Positions 12,645-25,043 of a stretch of 64,000 nucleotides of DNA are shown here, in pieces (position 1 is the stretch's first letter; every line of letters starts with the position of its first letter). Below the pieces are notes generated by a model. It worked only from the letters and a program-made list of their open reading frames with translations. It was not told the DNA's origin and did no database searches. Origin of the DNA: Anthoceros angustus (Eukaryota; Plantae; Anthocerotophyta); the NCBI GenBank assembly GCA_010909165.1, contig MU008164.1, forward strand, positions 1,612,001 through 1,676,000. The letters are read 5' to 3'. A program made the translations under genes and the position numbers.

Positions 12645-13599
12645 GGTCGCTCTTCGTGCGAAATGAACAAATCCGGCAACAAAAATCGCAATGAGCAAGC
12701 AGGACAGCGCGGAACCTAGAACGCAAATGATACAAAACTGGAACTATGTACATACAGGTAGCAGGATTCGTTTAGGGTAATATAAACGCTAACTGAACCC
12801 ACGTTTCCTTCCTGTCTGTTTTTGTCTTTTCTCAAGCGCAAGGAGGTGCTGGGGCTGATAAAACAAGCATGAACCCTGAACAGCATATTGGCAGGAACAT
12901 AGGCACAATCCAGCCTTCGAGCCATCAGATTAGCCTGGAGATTTGTCAAACTGTAGAAAGAAAGTTGGGTTGTCGAAGAGCAGGACAAGTAGCCCAAGGA
13001 TCTTCCAGAGACAGCCAGCTATCACGAAGGTGCCAAGCTCTGCACTTGGGCAGGGATCACTGGTGCCCTTTCCTGTCAGTATCACTTCCAACGAAGTTAA
13101 AATCGCCCACCAGCATGCTTGGAAGTCGCAAAAGGATTGTTGGAGGACTTGGCCATCACATCTTTACAGGTGCACTATGGAATCGTGATCCTCAATGGGA
13201 CTGTCGTACAGTCCTATTGTATCCTGACCACTTGGTGCTCGGTGAAATGCTCAGCCACCATACATTGCCCTTCTGAAACGGAAGTAGGATTCTTTCAAGC
13301 TCGAGCCCCTTCATTTGCATGCATGCTTGGAAGATGCGGAAATGGATTGTTTGACGAACCTACTTGCAAGTCTCCACATTTTTACACACCATGGCCACTT
13401 GTCGCTGGAATCTGAGAAGCAATGCAACGACTTTTCACTATCCCCTTGCTGGCTGTGTAATTTCTGCAATCGATGCATTAAATACCTGCTGAGCATCCTG
13501 CTCCTGGAAATTTGTAAGACCAAGCCTACACCATCCTTGATGGGCAAACACTTAACAAGATCTCTGATCCACCAAAACTAGGACATGACTGCCTCAGAA

Positions 13600-14420
13600 A
13601 AGGGGACAGGGTAGCGCTGAAATGTGACTTCATCTCTGGGGATACCAGCTGGCTAAGGTTTCGATCCCACGTTGGTAGGGAGCAGCAAGGCCTGATTCCC
13701 GGAGGACAGTCTAGAGCTCGGGGCGTGACGGTCGGCCACGACGAAAACATGGCCTCCAGCGACTCCTCAAAACGCCTCGTGTGTTGGCACCCTGGTGTCG
13801 TTGCCAGCAGCCTCTCTTGTCGGCATTGGATAGGTTGCCAACGCAATCGGTGTAGGCGAAAGCCCAAGTGCTTGGCTTTAGCAAGCTTTAGAGAAACACA
13901 CAAAAGGCTGTGGTGCCATGGAATATTATGCCCTTATAGCTGGGCATGCACCTCAAAGACTACTCGGCCAAGAGGCGCCTGTTCTGCATGGACAAAGGAG
14001 CAAGAGGGCCTGCATTTTGGCTATTGGGCCACGCCGTCAGAAACCTAGCCTGCGTCTTCCACTGCACCACGTCCTGATGTCCATCTTCTGCGCTGCTACA
14101 AACAGAGCTGTCTGGCAGTCCAGTGGATGACTGTCGCATCCTGAAATAAATCTCGACTGCCTGCCTGGCCTGTCCATTGTGACCGTGTGCCTCGATCATG
14201 GAAGAAAAAAGCATTGGGAGCAGCCCCTACATTTAAGTCATGCAATGCATCCTCCAACCTACAATGGGGTAGAGCAGCAACGTGGTAAAGCCAAAAATCT
14301 GCTGCAGACGACAACCATTGTAGTTGCTGCAGAGCAGTTCGCTGCTGAAACAGGCCTCCTGCAAAAACTTGCAACCCGGATGGCTTGTTGATGGTGATCT
14401 GAAAGACATTTACATTATAA
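13600..14420 (-). pseudogene. Degenerate PLS-class PPR gene remnant (partial re-copies at 6540-6960 and 8140-8600)
   Basis: SMIEAHGHNGQARQAVEIYFRMRQ...PDSSVCSSA, GAVEDA and GIPRDEVTF resemble PLS PPR motifs but are scattered across frames with stops. Confidence 0.55.
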
Positions 14421-15559
14421 TGGGACATACAAAGGCATCCAGCGCATCAACCCCAACACTAGCCTCCTCACCAGGTGCAGCTCCTCGAAAAGAGCAGGTA
14501 GCTCATAGGGAGCGGAGGGCTTAGACAGTTGTAGAACCGAAACTGAGGCACGGATCAGCTTTCAGGAACTGTAAAGAGCTCGGGTTTCAGACAAAAAGTG
14601 ACACAACACCTGACCTTAGCATCCGGGGGTAGCTTGGCAAGTCAGGGCAAACTTGCAGATCCTTACTTGTCCACTCCTGATCCTCTGCATCCAGCTACCC
14701 GCTGGTTGGTCACAATTACCAAAAGGTAAAAAATCTCGAAGTCCTCAAACCAAGTCTGATCGGAGGCTAACATTCAGCTGTTCAGCCGTTGAGACAACCA
14801 GAGCAGCATACCTGAGTTCAGAAGCGGAGATCCGTAGTGATGAACTGATCAAAGTTGATGCAGTGAATAGCTGAAGCCTGAAGGAGCCTTAGGGTTTCAG
14901 AGGGAGCAGCGACAACAAGGCTGGTGGATAGGTGGCAGGAAGAAAGGTGGTCACGCTTGCTGCCATCCAGTGCTTGTGCTCAACCGGATTCCCGCTTGCC
15001 TTGGTTATTGGAAATGGTGCAGACGTCTATGATATCGTTGCAGGAACACCCCTTTCGTGCACCTGCCTAAAAGCCGGCTTCCTTTCCTTACAGGGCGGGC
15101 CATCTTCAGAAAGCAATCAGTGGCAGGGGCGCCTGCTGGCTGCCATCGGCAACTGCCGCACGCAGACTCTTCCTCAGCGTGCGCCATTTGCCGACGGCTG
15201 TCAGCAGCCCAACCTATGGACAGCAGTCGGTCTCGCACGGTTTGCCCAACCTAGTGAACACATATGGCCCCCTGAAGACTAGGTGCCTCAACATGGACAC
15301 ACCGGCAAGATATGGTTCAAACTATGAATCCAACTCGTACCCCAGTTTGACAGCTATGAGATATGATCCTTATTAGCTGCAGAGCGTTTCTTTGATGAAT
15401 TTGTTCTAGTACGTATGTACATTCCATGTAATTTAGAGGACCCCGAAGGCCCCTCATCATATATCACAAGGATCGGGGACCAAGCTTTAGAACATTTCAA
15501 CAAAAGTTTTGTTTGTGCATTACCTCGGGGAAGAGCTTCACTCCCTCATTCAAGAAAGG

Positions 15560-16300
15560 GGCCTGGAAGCTGATTTAGTTGTTGGCAACAAAGATCATAC
15601 ATCAGGGGAGCGTGCAAGCCACCAAAGGCCAAAGTAATCAAATCAGGGGTGAAAGTTACCCTATCCCGGGTAGTGATCCATATGGAGGGTTGCTAAACCA
15701 CGGAAGGAATTTTTCTGTCACGATACTTGGTACTTAGTAACGTATACCATGTCTCTAAGCTACTTGCACCAAGACATACACTACCCCTAGGTACCCCATC
15801 TAAGTATTGATCTACCTTGCAAGATGCTTAACAACTATGTCCTTATCAATGGCCAATATGGACACACATTTATAAATGGCTTAGGCTATACGGCAATTTT
15901 TCAGTATCTGTTTTACTTTGTGCTAAAACGCTGTGCAATGTCCTCACTTCATAGATTTCTTCTTTGTCTTCTTCTTTCAAAACCTTGGCATAAATCATCC
16001 ACTTCACGACATTTTGCAGATGAAATCCAAGAAAGTCTCTTGCTAACCATACTACAGGCATGCGACATTCCTGTATTTAATAGACTACCAAGACTTTCAG
16101 ACTCGTCCAACAAAAGACAGAACAGGATAATCAGACTATCAAAAGAGGGATCTAAGAAAATCAAAAAAGCAATGAAATTGCAACTTCCCAAGTTGGAGTC
16201 TCCGAAACTAAATCTCTAAGAAAATCAAAAAAGCAATGAAATTGCAACTTCCCAAGTTGGAGTCTCCGAAACTAAATCCAATCGGACAAATGGCGAATGG
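15560..16300 (-). mobile_element. Possible LINE ORF2 3'-region remnant
   Basis: Only weak similarity (LWPLVACTLP*CMIFVANNISF resembles the L1 W-x-IW-x-x-RN-x-x-x-F tail), with many stops. Confidence 0.25.
16151..16278. repeat. Perfect 64-bp tandem duplication
   Basis: TCTAAGAAAATCAAAAAAGCAATGAAATTGCAACTTCCCAAGTTGGAGTCTCCGAAACTAAATC occurs twice. Confidence 0.95.
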
Positions 16301-17059
16301 AAGTCCTATCTTGGCAAGGTGTTGTAATGTTGGCTAGCAGCGAACAAATTGACATGCAAAGGCAAGACTTCTATACTATCGCCTACTTATGACTTCAAAA
16401 ATCAGCAAGCATGTTACGGGTGCTACAACCCACGATGCGGAGAGAGAATTGAAATGCTCTCTGTCTAACAAGACGCAGAGCCATAAAGATGTGTGGTTCT
16501 TCAATGTGATGCTGAAAATGTGAGAAAGAAACCTTGCAGGATGCAAGGTTACAAGTGTCGGGTAGTGGGGGGCTCTACACATGCCCAAGATTCACGTAGC
16601 TCACACACCTATATATGTGTATATATCAAAAGAGCAAGCTTATAAGACTATTCATGTAGTGCAAAATCGTTTCTAGCAACTTCAACAAGTGAAAACCCTG
16701 GCCGCAATTTCCAACTTTTCACTCCATCGCCCACTGCTGTCGTGCTGGTGTCACGCATCCATGCCTGTGGAGCCATCATCTTCTCGCGAGGTCACATCGT
16801 CTGTGTGTGTGTCTTGCCTCCCATGTTGAGTGCCTGGATGCACCTGTTTAGGGCTCATAGCCTAACCCGGCTTCACATGCTAATTTAGGCCAAATAACCA
16901 GTATTTAATCTAATCTAAATGCATGCATAATATGACCTTCACTTAGTTGTATGCCAACAGTGACTTTATGTTTATGTTCTCAGTATTTTAACTATGCAAG
17001 TCCTAGCTCTTCCAACTCGCGCTGGGATATCATGTCAACATAGTAAACAACTATACAAA

Positions 17060-17650
17060 TCTAGAGAAAATATCTACAACGACAGAACACCATTGACATC
17101 AAAGAAAAAATGCTCCATATTCATGACAGAGAGAATCAGGCAAGCAATCAAGAACCTGAAAAATGGGAAGGCCGCAAATGAAATACGACTGACTGCAGAG
17201 ATGTTGATGACCGCCATCAACATTGAATTACCATCAATTATCGCATGGTTATTCAATAATTTGGCAAGCTACCACGCATGTGGGAGAAAAGTATCTCTTT
17301 TGCCATATACAAAAATGACAACAAAGTATCCTTTTGTCATATACAAAAATGACAACAAAGTATCCTTTTGTCATATACAAAAATGACAACAAAGTATCCT
17401 TTTGCCATCTACAAAAATAAGAACAATATGACCAACGATTATCGCACAATGATGATAAAATTTATTTTTCTTAAGGATGTTATCTTGTAAGTTACATGAT
17501 ACATGCCATTTGAGCCGGATCTAGAAGAGGATTTAGTGGGCAAGATCACCTTATAATACTCCAATCTATGATGGATAAGACCAATTTCTATCTCGCAAGA
17601 TAGAAAAATATAAGCTATTATATTTCTATGTAGATCTAACCAAGGCCAAG
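17060..17650 (+). mobile_element. Degenerate RTE-like LINE reverse transcriptase fragment
   Basis: IRQAIKNLKNGKAANEIRLTAEML...WLFNNL, IYKNKNNMTNDYRTM and YFYVDLTKA follow RT-domain order (KxxKAxG..., IxKxGD..NYR, FxDxxKAFD). A 34-bp unit repeated three times at ~17307-17410 lies inside it. Confidence 0.65.
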
Positions 17651-18279
17651 GTCTCAACTCTGGAAACCATGGCAAACTCTAAATAATATAATATTACATA
17701 TTAAAAATAATACAAGTCACCGTAAATTATGAATATAATTTCAATAGAGCTTCGCATGCAACACTCATTTGTACCTATATGTATACTTACAGATTTTGCT
17801 CGAAAGCTTTGAAGAAAGACCAGCAGCAGGAAAAGAATGAAATGTGCATGAATTCTTTCCTCCCGCGTATTCCAAAAGTAGCAGCAGCAGCGTACAGGGA
17901 CATCATTACATTAGTCATGGCAGTGATCAATTAGGAAAAGAGGACGAGACTCTTATACATGAGTACATGATGATGACATGCATGTGTGTCCTCAACCTAG
18001 CTAGCTAGTTAGCTAGCTAGGTGAACATGTTATATTGAATCTAATCACTGCTCCAGAGGTTGTGACGATGTTTCAAAAAACCTAGCCATTCTTCAGGAGG
18101 TGACTGACCTTATAATAAAGCTAACCATTCCCCTGATGTTGCTGCTGGGTTGGAGAAGTGGAGACATATGAATGTTGCTGCCGGGTTGGAGAAGTGGAGA
18201 CATGAAAACAAAGATGTGTGTTGGGTGGGAGGAGGGCAGGCTGGAGCGATTAGAAAGGATGATTCTAGAAGGGTGGCAG

Positions 18280-18960
18280 GGTCGATTTAACCCCTGAACT
18301 GCGGGTCACTGCAACCCCGCCGTTCAGGGGGAGGAGGCAACGGGGAAGGGGGCAGGCAACTTGCAAGGACAAAGGTGTCCAAATGTCCGGTTTGCAGAAC
18401 CGGACGGAGAGAGACGAGCGCCGGTGTGACGCCGCCGTGTCGTCTGCTCGCTTGCCCGGGCGCGCCGGAGGCGGAGCGTGTTCCCATGGTGTGCAAACTC
18501 GCGTCGCCCGGAAACCGGGTAGGCAGGCGCCCGGGCAACCCGCGATTTTCCAGACCGGCAGGGCCGGGGCCCGGATGGGATCACACGCTGCCCTGCCGGC
18601 CCGAGCGTGGCAGCCACGGAACCGGCGGGTATCGTGGCGGCGGCGTGCGCGCTCGCCTTCCGGTTTGCGGTCGCGGGAACTGGGAGCCGGCCCCGTCCCG
18701 TCCCGTTCCGTTCAGTTCCTTCGTCCCTCTCCGTTCCGTTACGTTGCGCTGCGCTGGTCATCCCGGCGTGGCGTTATGGCTAATAAACTAAAATAAGGTG
18801 GGCAGAGATCTGGGGCACGCGGGTGCGTGACGCAAGAGTGACGACATCCCGATTCGGGCCGTCGCAGTGGCCCGGATGCCCGGGAGGGCCGGGACCGCAA
18901 ATTGCAGACGGCGATGGCGACCGGGTCCAGGCCTGCAGGTCCGGGTTCCAGCGGTGGTTG
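18280..18960. mobile_element. CpG-rich block with CCCGT/CCGG/GAACC motif arrays (hAT-like non-autonomous remnant?)
   Basis: Abrupt rise in GC with repeated CCCGTCCCGT/CCGTTCC motifs. No TIR or TSD identified. Confidence 0.3.
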
Positions 18961-19995
18961 TGGGTTAGCCTTTAGCGTGTGGTATGTCCGTAGGCCGCAT
19001 AGGTAAGTCACATGGAGGAGGAAGTTGGGGGTTTACCGTGTACGACAGCACTCCGCCAGGGTGGTGGGCTGGGGGAGCAAGCAAGCACGCTGATGGCAAC
19101 CGGAGGCCCAAGCCGTATTAGAAAAAGCCCGGCAGCGGTAGCAGCGCAAGAGAGGGAATCCTTATTCCATATCCCAGCTGCTGCTGCCACTGCGATCTGC
19201 CAGTGCCCTTAAAGACGCAGCATCTCACAGACTCTCAGTGCTGTACATTCTCTCTTCCTTCCTTCCTTCCTCCCTCCCTCCCTCCCTTCTTCCCGGCCCG
19301 GCCTCGCCTTCCGTTCCCAGCTGCCCCCTCTTGCTTCTCTCGCAGTGCCGCCACCAGCTCCGGCTCCGGCTGCGGCCCGGGTCTTGTGGTGTGGAAGGCG
19401 GTGGTGGGCGGCTTGAGCTTCTCCGGAGCTGCGCTTTCTCTCTGGTTGAGCTGTGCTGGGTTGTGTTTTGTGGGTCCTTGTGGAAGTGTAAGACGTGCTT
19501 GTTGGGTCCTTGTGTATTCTCTTCTGTCGAGTTGGGTGGTGTTAGTTTTGTGTGGGTGTGGTTGTTGTCGTTGTTGTCACTCCCCACGTTTTGAAGAGAA
19601 AGCTCAAGAGAAGTTTTGGGTCTCTGCCGTGTCTTGTTGTATATCGCTGACGGAATTGTAGAGCTGCTGGGTCCATTTGGAGGCGGCAAATTGGGGGTTT
19701 GGTGTTAGGGTGGGATTGAGGCTTGTGGGTTGTGAATGTGCCCAAGTCGGTGACATCCGCACTGCCATGCTCACTTACTCTCTCTGCTTGCTCCAAGTGT
19801 ATGAGCATTGAGCTGTGTGTGGGAGCTCGGGTCCTGGAGGGAAGATAGCCAAAAGTCTCAGTCTCAGTCCCTGCTTGCTACCACTGCCGCTGCCCACGGA
19901 CTCCAACTGACTCGGCATCAAAGCACGCAAGGCTGCTAGGCAGAGGAGAGGGAAGAAGAGCGGTGAGCTTGTGTTCGGACATCATCCTTCCTACC

Positions 19996-21084
19996 ATGAT
20001 GAGCAGAATGCGGAACATCCCGGTGGCTCCCAATTCCGGATTTGGGGGCTCCGGCCGGGACAAGGGCAGCAGCGGCCATGCCGTGGGGAGCCTGGCAGAC
20101 AAGTTTCTGGGCACCTCCCTGGGCACTTCCCCTTCCCCGACAGTGCACTCCCCGCTGGGAGCGGAGGCTGATGATCTGGAGGAGCTGAAGGAGGAGGACG
20201 TGTGGGAGACGGAGGAGGACGACGGGGAGCCGGACGTGGTGGGTTCCGGTCTCGGATACGGCTATGGTGTCGGCCCGGGCCGCGGCCACAGCGGCCTCAG
20301 CTATGGGCGCTACGCGGGGCAAGGCCATGTGCCCGCCCCCTCTGCCAAGCACCTGGAAGCCGGCGACCCGCTTAGGTATCTGGGGAACGGGCACCATCTC
20401 CAGGCTCGGAAGGAAGCTCAAGCTCTGCAAACCCAGACCCAGAGCCCTCGCCGCCGCTCCGGCTTCGAGGACCCCCCGGTGGGCAGCTTCAAGGGGAGCG
20501 GGGGCGCTATAGCCTTCAGCAGCGGGAGCTCCAGCCGCCCGTCTCTCGGAGGCTCGACCGAGGGTTTCACCATCCCGGCACCTTCCTCGGCCTCCCGCAG
20601 GATCCCGACATCGCAGGGCTTCGAGGTTGCCCCGGGTGCGGGGGCTGCCGTTGTCGGGTCCTTGTCCGGCTCCGGGCACGCCAGGTCCGCCATCCCCATC
20701 GGGGGAGTGAGCGCGGCCATGGCCAGCGCCGGGCGGCTGCAGAAGCAGAAGCAGCAGAATCCCGGAGACCTGTCCTCCTCCTACACGGGCTCGGCCATGG
20801 CCACCGCCAACCAGTCCGCCCCTGTCAACGTGCCGGACTGGAGCAAGATCTACAGGCTGGCGCCCAAGGCGAAGCCGGTGGTGTACAGCAGCGACGAGGA
20901 TGAGGACGATGGCACCGGGCGCAAGCAGCGTCTGCATCCCCACGAGATCGTGGCTCGAGACTACGCGCGCTCTCAGGTGAGCACCTTCTCAATGTGCGAG
21001 GGCGTGGGACGCACTCTCAAGGGCCGTGATCTCATGGAAGTCCGCAATGCTGTGTTGCGTCGCACTGGGTTCCTGGACGCCTAG
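19996..21084 (+). CDS. Senescence regulator S40 / DUF584 family protein, intronless
   Basis: Motifs ELKEEDVW, QSAPVNVPDWSKI and HPHEIVAR...FSMCEGVGRTLKGRDLMEVRNAVLRRTGFLD. First ATG is at 19996; the track start at 19963 is GTG. Confidence 0.93.
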   Translation: MMSRMRNIPVAPNSGFGGSGRDKGSSGHAVGSLADKFLGTSLGTSPSPTVHSPLGAEADDLEELKEEDVWETEEDDGEPDVVGSGLGYGYGVGPGRGHSGLSYGRYAGQGHVPAPSAKHLEAGDPLRYLGNGHHLQARKEAQALQTQTQSPRRRSGFEDPPVGSFKGSGGAIAFSSGSSSRPSLGGSTEGFTIPAPSSASRRIPTSQGFEVAPGAGAAVVGSLSGSGHARSAIPIGGVSAAMASAGRLQKQKQQNPGDLSSSYTGSAMATANQSAPVNVPDWSKIYRLAPKAKPVVYSSDEDEDDGTGRKQRLHPHEIVARDYARSQVSTFSMCEGVGRTLKGRDLMEVRNAVLRRTGFLDA

Positions 21085-24000
21085 CGATGGCGGGAAGATG
21101 AGGCTGAGGCAAGGCAAGGCAAGTGCTTGCTTGCTTGCTTCCCGTCTCGTTTTCGTCCCGTCTCTTCCTGGGCGCATTTTGGCTTGCTGAGAGACCCAAT
21201 TTTGCATCGGCTGGGGAGTGAGGACGGACTGCTCGGGCCGTGCGAGGAAAGGAATCCATGCCTTGCCGGACCCGGGTGGCATAGCTGGTAGATAGCGCGC
21301 TTCGACCCACCTTTTTTTGCTTCTTTCCCTTCCCTTTCCTCCCAAGATGATGTTACCATTCAAGGCCTGCATCGGCTTACAAGCAGCAAGCGGCAGCAGC
21401 TAACAGTGAGAGCACGAGCAGCAGCAACAGCTTCACTTCAGCTTCAGCAGCAGCGGCATCTTCAGGACATCCGGCACCGGACTGATGAGCTGCTGCGGGG
21501 AGCTCTTTTGTGCTTGCTTGCTTTTGCTCAGAGCTGTTTAGCTTGCTCCGATTGCTTGCTTTGCAGATGCTAGGCTTTGGTAACTGAGACTTTTTAAATG
21601 GGACCATGGATGTCCCGGACCCTGGAAGCGCTTCCTCACGCTATCCCCTCTTTTGTGTACATAATCTGAACAAGCCAATGCCATTTTCACGCTCTCCTGC
21701 TTCCTTTGCGTGATGGGTTACACCGTGCAATGCAATGCAGTGAAGTGCACTGCAATGCAAGCCCTCGCTTCTCAGCTGACAAATTGCAACGCCTGTGATG
21801 GGTTTGCTTCTTATTTTGATGGGTCATAGTGCAGTGCAATGCTATGCAAAGTGCAATGCAGGCAGCAGGCCCTCATGTCCCACGACAAGAAGCCGCCATT
21901 GCCATTGCACATTGCACCGCCATCAAGCTCTGTCTTGCGGTTGCGCAAGGCTGCCCTGTGGCTATGAAAAAACGGTGGCAGCGCGGGCGGGTGGCCAAGC
22001 AAGTTGGAGGGGTGACGACAAGGCCGTGCGTGTGCACTGGAGTCCGGATAGGACAAATGGAGATGGTCTCGTGGGGCAGGGGGCGAGGCGGTGTCAGGAT
22101 GTGAGCTCACATCACCTCATTCTCTCGCTGGTTGGCCTTGGCTTGGCTTGCTTGCTTGCTTTGCTTGGCCCTGCGGCCTGCCTGCCTCCTGGGCCCTCAG
22201 GTGCAGGGGCCCTTGCCCTTGGGAAGGAAGAAGAGAATCCCATCATTGGGACCCTGCTTTCTGCCCCTCGCCTCTCGCTCACATGGCCCGGCCTGGACGC
22301 AGAAAGAGGCAAAGTCTGGGAGACGACACCGACCTGAGGGATGAATCCATGACACGCACTCGTACCGTTTTGCAATACAAAACTCCGCAGCAGAGCGGAA
22401 TCCGAGGGTGGGACCGCTCACCGGCTGCAGCTCTCGTGAAGACGGGCAGTGGGTGCCTGGACTCTGCACTCTGGGCTGGAGCCGCCTGCTGCCAGACCTT
22501 TCCTCTTTCTTCTCTCCTCTTCTCTTCTCATCTCGTCTCGTCTCATCTCTTCTCTTGGGCTTCTCCTTCTCCTCTGTCATGTGGCACACTGTACATTGTA
22601 CATGTTGTCATTGGGTGGTGGATAAGAGGAAAGGAAGAAAGCGGATAGCAAGCTCCTTTCCCGATCTCAGAAGGGGAAGGCAAAGGCAGTGGCAGGGAGA
22701 AAACAAAAAACAAAAAAAGTGTGACCTCGGGTGCTGGCCCCACCCTCCGCCCATCTGCAGACAACAGGCCTGGCCTGGGCTTCCAGCCGGACATTCATCC
22801 GCCCCCTGCAAGCTGCAGCCTGCTGAGGTCAGTTCAAACCCAACGACAAACTTTTTACCCCACACGCAGGAGCCGAGGAGCTGCACTGACTGCTCCTCAA
22901 CAGAGGCTCTGCACCTGCATACGTATCAAGATCGTAAAAGTTGGAGGGTGCAGGCTCGATTCCCCAAGAACCTCTCCTGCTGCCTGCTGCCTGCTGCCTG
23001 CCCAGTCCTCCATGGACGGTACTGGTTTACTCTACCCCAAAAGCTTTCCCTATTTTTAAACCAGCTCAATGATGTTGAGGGATATTTCTTTCCCCCTGCC
23101 AGGACCCACCTTCTTCTGCTCAACACACATACTTGCAAGAGCCAGACAACCACACACCGGCCTCAGCGTGAAGGAGTGCACCAAATGGTAGATTATACCG
23201 TCTTCTAAGTGGTCCCGAACTTCGCTTTTCTCAAATCCCCCCCACACAAGTTCCTCTTGTGGCTGTACACCTGGGGAGAACGGGATACTAGTAAAATTTG
23301 CCCCTGCTGCTTGGCTCTGCAGAGTGCAGGGAAGAAAGCTGCCTCCGAGTCTCTTTCCCGCTGGAAGGCCTCTCAGATCGCGGATTTCGTACCTTGGCAT
23401 CTGCGGCATTTGAAACCTCCCGCATCTGCTGGCAGATCATTTCCACGCCAGAGGTTTGCACCCAAGTGTACTGTGTTTTTCGCAAATTGATGGAGGGACA
23501 GCATCCTTCCCCCCCTTCTCCTGCGATTCGATTGCTCCACCCGCCCCACCTCTTCCAATGCATGCAGCAGCTCGCCTTCACGTCCCTCCCCAATTCACCA
23601 AAGACAGTCGTTTGCGGACTCAGCTGTCTCTGGGTCTCTGTACGCGTCACGAGATGCGATTGATAGTTGCTAAACATAGCTACATATTATAACAGATAAT
23701 TCATTCATTCAAATATTTCAATAGTTCATAAATGCAGATTATTTATTAACTGGTTGGTAAATTAACCTCTATACTAATACGATATAGATAGTAGTAAACA
23801 ATTCAGTGATATTAGGTCAAAGTTAGTGAGTGTAATAATAACAATTTGATAGCATCGAACCAGCAATGGGCTAAGACTTGGTTCTTGAATTGTCACTATG
23901 ACAACACCAAGCTAATTGTAGTTGGCTCTTGAGTGGTCATTGTACCAATACCGAGCTAACAATAGCTAGCTGTAGGGTAAAGTTGGCTTGCAAATTGTCC

Positions 24001-24448
24001 CTTTTATAATATCAACAAGTAACTCAAGAAATTAAGTTCCTTTACCGGGAGCAAATGATTATGACATGGAAATGAAATCAGGGTTCGATATCCAAGGAAG
24101 GCTCTTTAAGTCAATCTCAATGTACTTCCTAATTCAGGTGTGTTGAAGACTATAACAATGACCATCACCATGTAACCGGTCTCATGCTTTCAAACTTACA
24201 ATAGGCAGTAAAACCCACACTAGGGAGTATGATTATTACCATTAGTATAATTATACCGAAAACCGAATTATTATTACCGAATAAAACTGAAGTATTCCCA
24301 GTCATATAATTATTCCCAGTTATATAATTATGACTAGTAATTTTATTATTTTATCGAAGTATTATTATGCTATATAACCGGCCTCATACTTTAAAACCGA
24401 ATTCGGCCTGCTCGAAACTGGGACAACTTTCACCTAATATCACCCTAC

Positions 24449-24450
<2 letters not shown>

Positions 24451-24501
<51 letters not shown>
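24451..24501. repeat. (TTA)n microsatellite, about 17 units
   Basis: Read directly from the sequence. Confidence 0.97.
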
Positions 24502-24504
<3 letters not shown>

Positions 24505-24572
24505 CATTATCATTACTACCATTATTACTATTACTCTTATTACGACTAGTATAAGTCTTTTAAGCGAGAAAA

Positions 24573-24995
24573 TGTGTGAGGGCTATATATGCAGGTTGCA
24601 TAGAACATATTTGAAGTTCTATATTCATCCAAAAAACTTGAGAGTTTTTCGAGCGACAAATTGTTTGAGGGGCTATATATGTTCTTATTCTGCTGCAGAA
24701 AATTCAATTGAGGTTTGAAGTTCTATATTCATCCAAAAAAGTTGAGAGTTTTCGAGCGACAAATTGTGTGAGGGGCTATATATGTTCTTATTCTGCTGCA
24801 GAAAATTCAATTGAGGTTTAATACCATATCTACCACATTACTTGTGTGAGGGGCTATATATGTTCTTATTCTGCTGCAGAAAATTCAATTGAGGTTTAAT
24901 ACCATATCTACCACATTACTCTAGGGGGCAATATATGTTCTTATTCTGCAGCAGAGAAAATTCAATTACGGTTTAGTACCATATCTTACCACACT
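24573..24995. repeat. Degenerate tandem array of ~77-100 bp units
   Basis: Core TGTGTGAGGGGCTATATATGTTCTTATTCTGCTGCAGAAAATTCAATTGAGGTTT recurs about 5 times with variants. Confidence 0.85.
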
Positions 24996-25043
24996 ACTTT
25001 AGGAAAACTCGTAGAACAAGGAGGTAATTAGATTTCGGTCATC

